From Macrostomum lignano (Eukaryota), in the NCBI GenBank assembly GCA_002269645.1, contig NIVC01003009.1, forward strand, positions 1-64,000: 64,000 bases of DNA, read 5' to 3'. A model generated the notes under the pieces. The model made no database searches. It had not been told where the DNA came from and saw only the letters and a program-made list of their open reading frames with translations. A program made the position numbers and the translations under genes. Each line of letters begins with the position of its first letter. Position 1 is the first letter of the stretch. Shown here piece by piece: positions 61,126 to 64,000 of the stretch.

Positions 61126-62436
61126 CGAGGGTCACTCAGAAAGTCTTTAGCCTGAGTAGGATCCACGAGACGTAGAAGCATGAAATTTGTCTATGGTAAA
61201 GACCAACTTTTAAAAGTATCGCAGCAAAAATTTCAAACAGAAGCAGCCACTTTTGAGTCCACTGCAGCGAGTTAAAGTCAGTTCACCCCCCTGAGTTCTT
61301 CAATTCAACAATGAAGCTGGAAAATCGCGACTTCAGAGCAATGATGTACCTGCACTTCAAGCAAGGCAAGTCGCCGGCCGAATCGTATCAAACTTTACAG
61401 AACGTTTTCACCCATGTATGTCCTTCATACGCAACCGTCAAAAACTGGTTCGCTGAGTTTCGCCGAGGTCGAGAAAGCCTCGAAGATGAACATCGATCCG
61501 GGAGACCCTGTGACGCAGTGACTCCAGAAAATATCTGCGCTGTGTCCAGCATGATTGCCGCTGACCGGCGAGTGACCTACCAGCAGATCCAGCAGGAGAT
61601 CGGTATTGGATCGGGGAGTGTGCACGCCATTCTGCACGAACACCTTGGAGTGCGGAAGCTGGCTTCCAGGTGGATCCCCCATCAGCTGTCTGACGTGCAG
61701 AAGGACACCAGGGTGGCTTGGTGCCGATTCATGCTGCAGAAATTCGAATCCGGGACCAGCCGGCGTATCTGGGACATCCTCACGGGCGATGAGACCTGGA
61801 TTTATCAATACGACCCCGAAAGCAAGCGCCAGTCAGCCATGTGGACCTTTGGAGACGAGGACAGCCCCACCAAGTTTCGACGCAGCCGGAGTGTCGGCAA
61901 GCAGATGGTGGCCTGTTTCTTCATGCGCACTGGGCATGTGGCTTCCGTTTCACTTGAAGATCGCCAGACAGTCACCGCTGACTGGTACACAACGGTTTGC
62001 CTGCCCAAGGTCTTTTCTGCTGTGAGCCAGAGGCGCCCAAGGTGCGGAATGCGTGGGGTGCTTCTGCACCACGACAACGCCAGCGCGCACACGGCGGCTC
62101 AAACTCTGGAGTTTCTGGCTGACTGTGGGGTCCAGCTGATGACTCACCCTGCTTACAGTCCAGACCTGGCACCGTGCGACTTTTTTCTGTTTCCGAAGTG
62201 CAAGGAGATTCTGAAGGGCCAGGTCTTTTCTTCACCGGAAGAAGCTGTGAATGAGTTTAAAAACATCATCGAGGAGCTCCGGGATGAGGATTGGCGGCAG
62301 TGCTTCGACAGCTGGTTTCACAGGATGCAAGCCTGTATCAATGCCGGTGGAGAGTATTTTGAGCACTTGTAGTCTTTTTTTAGTTCATTTGTTGCTGTTT
62401 TCGTGTTCAAGCTAAGAACTTTCTGAGTGACCCTCG
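61126..62436 (+). mobile_element. Full-length mariner DNA transposon (Tc1/mariner, DD34D), 1311 bp
   Basis: 26-bp TIRs CGAGGGTCACTCAGAAAGT(CT/TC)TTAGC with the first 19 bp perfect. TA duplication at 61124-61125 and 62437-62438. Confidence 0.97.
61311..62372 (+). CDS. Intact mariner transposase, 353 aa
   Basis: N-terminal HTH, WIPHQL, TGDETW, HDNA-(34 aa)-D within YSPDLAPCD. No stops or frameshifts. Confidence 0.97.
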   Translation: MKLENRDFRAMMYLHFKQGKSPAESYQTLQNVFTHVCPSYATVKNWFAEFRRGRESLEDEHRSGRPCDAVTPENICAVSSMIAADRRVTYQQIQQEIGIGSGSVHAILHEHLGVRKLASRWIPHQLSDVQKDTRVAWCRFMLQKFESGTSRRIWDILTGDETWIYQYDPESKRQSAMWTFGDEDSPTKFRRSRSVGKQMVACFFMRTGHVASVSLEDRQTVTADWYTTVCLPKVFSAVSQRRPRCGMRGVLLHHDNASAHTAAQTLEFLADCGVQLMTHPAYSPDLAPCDFFLFPKCKEILKGQVFSSPEEAVNEFKNIIEELRDEDWRQCFDSWFHRMQACINAGGEYFEHL

Positions 62437-63923
62437 TACCCAGATCCTTTACAATCTACCCAGATCCTTCACAATCTACCCAGATCCTTCACAATCTACC
62501 CAGATCCTTTACAATCTACCCAGATCCTTCACAATCTACCCAGATCCTTTACAATCTACCCAGATCCTTCACAATCTACCCAGATCCTTTACAATCTACC
62601 CAGATCCTTCACAATCTACCCAGATCCTTTACAATCTACCCAGATCCTTCAAAATCTACCCAGATCCTTTACAATCTACCCAGATCCTTTACAATCTACC
62701 CAGATCCTTCACAATCTACCCAGATCCTTTACAATCTACCCAGATCCTTCACAATCTACCCAGATCCTTCACAATCTACCCAGATCCTTTACAATCTACC
62801 CAGATCCTTCACAATCTACCCAGATCCTTTACAATCTACCCAGATCCTTCACAATCTACCCAGATCCTTTACAATCTACCCAGATCCTTCACAATCTACC
62901 CAGATCCTTTACAATCTACCCAGATCCTTCACAATCTACCCAGATCCTTTACAATCTACCCAGATCCGTCACAATCTACCCAGATCCTTTACAATCTACC
63001 CAGATCCTTCACAATCTACCCAGATCCTTCACAATCTACCCAGATCCTTCACAATCTACCCAGATCCTTTACAATCTACCCAGATCCTTCACAATCTACC
63101 CAGATCCTTTACAATCTACCCAGATCCTTCACAATATACCCAGATCCTTCACGATCTACCAAGATCCTTCCCAATTCCTCAGTTTAAGACAGACTCAGCC
63201 TAGACTCACCTACTCACACCTACTCTCATCAGATCTCAGCCGGTCCCGCGCTATGAACTCAAACCAATGCTTCCCAACTAAGAACAGAACGGAACTATTT
63301 CTCGGAAAGTTTTACGGGCGCATTGCTCACCGCAGACTAGCAGGCCTTGGAGATAATAACTCACAGTCCTCACTTGCGGTAATGAAATGGCAGAGGGAAA
63401 TTGAGTCAGAGAGCCCAAAGCAGGCGGTCGTCGCTGGGAAAAGTGCATTCAGTTTTCCCATCTATGGTTTCAGCCAGTAAAGGGGAGGATGGAGAAATGG
63501 CAGCTTGAGCTCGAATCTAATTTACGACTTCGGGGCGGGGCGAGTCGGAGCCGGGGGGAGGGGGTTGCGGGCAATAAAATATGGCGATGCGCGAGGCAGC
63601 GGAGGAGTGAAGCAAGGGAAGGAAGTAGATGATGAGGGAGCAGTGCAGGAGAATCTCTGCTAGGAGAGATGGCCGAATGAAGTCTCAAGTGTCGAATGAT
63701 TTATCGAGTTCCGATGAAGGCAGCTGAGGCTCGCACTTGTCAAGGAATTGAGGATTCTACGAGAGAGCCCCTTGTGCTGCTGTGTTGCGTGCGACGCCCA
63801 AGTGAGTTCTCTCGGCTGCTGCTTTCCGCTGTTAATTTAGCGGAATAGAAACAAACACTGTCTTCTGCTGCTTTCGGCTTTGAAACTTTTTCTGCTTTCA
63901 ATTTTAGCTGCTTCAGAAAGACT

Positions 63924-64000
63924 GGAGAGGGTAGCAGTGGCAGCTGATGAAGGGCCGGAGAGGGTAGCAGTGGCAGCTGATGAAGGGCCGGAGAGGGTAG
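63924..64000. repeat. 33-bp tandem repeat running off the window
   Basis: GGAGAGGGTAGCAGTGGCAGCTGATGAAGGGCC, just over two copies visible. Confidence 0.8.

Larger units (their letters stand above)
61045..63175. repeat. 20-bp minisatellite (ATCTACCCAGATCCTTCACA) interrupted by the mariner
   Basis: About 4 units left of the transposon and about 36 units right of it. Confidence 0.95.

Noticed and set aside
63935-64000. CTGATGA as a hammerhead ribozyme core
   Set aside because: No downstream GAAA or stems that would complete the fold.

Overview
Repeat-rich animal genomic DNA with GT-AG introns. The GC-rich exons separated by minisatellite-filled introns suggest a Macrostomum-like free-living flatworm; this is inference only. 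Host genes: a complete 8-exon sortilin (VPS10-domain receptor) on the minus strand (14436-22991, about 887 aa), a complete ovo/OVOL zinc-finger gene on the plus strand (39273-48788), a small secreted peptide-precursor-like ORF (54992-55312, minus) and two terminal exons of an unidentified plus-strand gene (10699-11265). Mobile DNA: a 6.4-kb Jockey-like LINE (693-7124, minus) whose ORF1 carries an ALKBH3-like AlkB dioxygenase domain with all catalytic residues, joined head-to-tail to a second copy (1-692). Also present are a 5'-truncated RNase H-bearing LOA/R1-like LINE with a 12-bp TSD (52110-54645), an intact DD34D mariner (61126-62436), a decayed mariner (7398-8267), a foldback element and a hAT-like MITE. 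About 30 distinct micro/minisatellites make up much of the rest and explain nearly all long low-complexity ORFs in the track. The most striking observation is the AlkB-carrying retrotransposon. All motif and family assignments were made by eye from remembered consensus sequences, without database searches.
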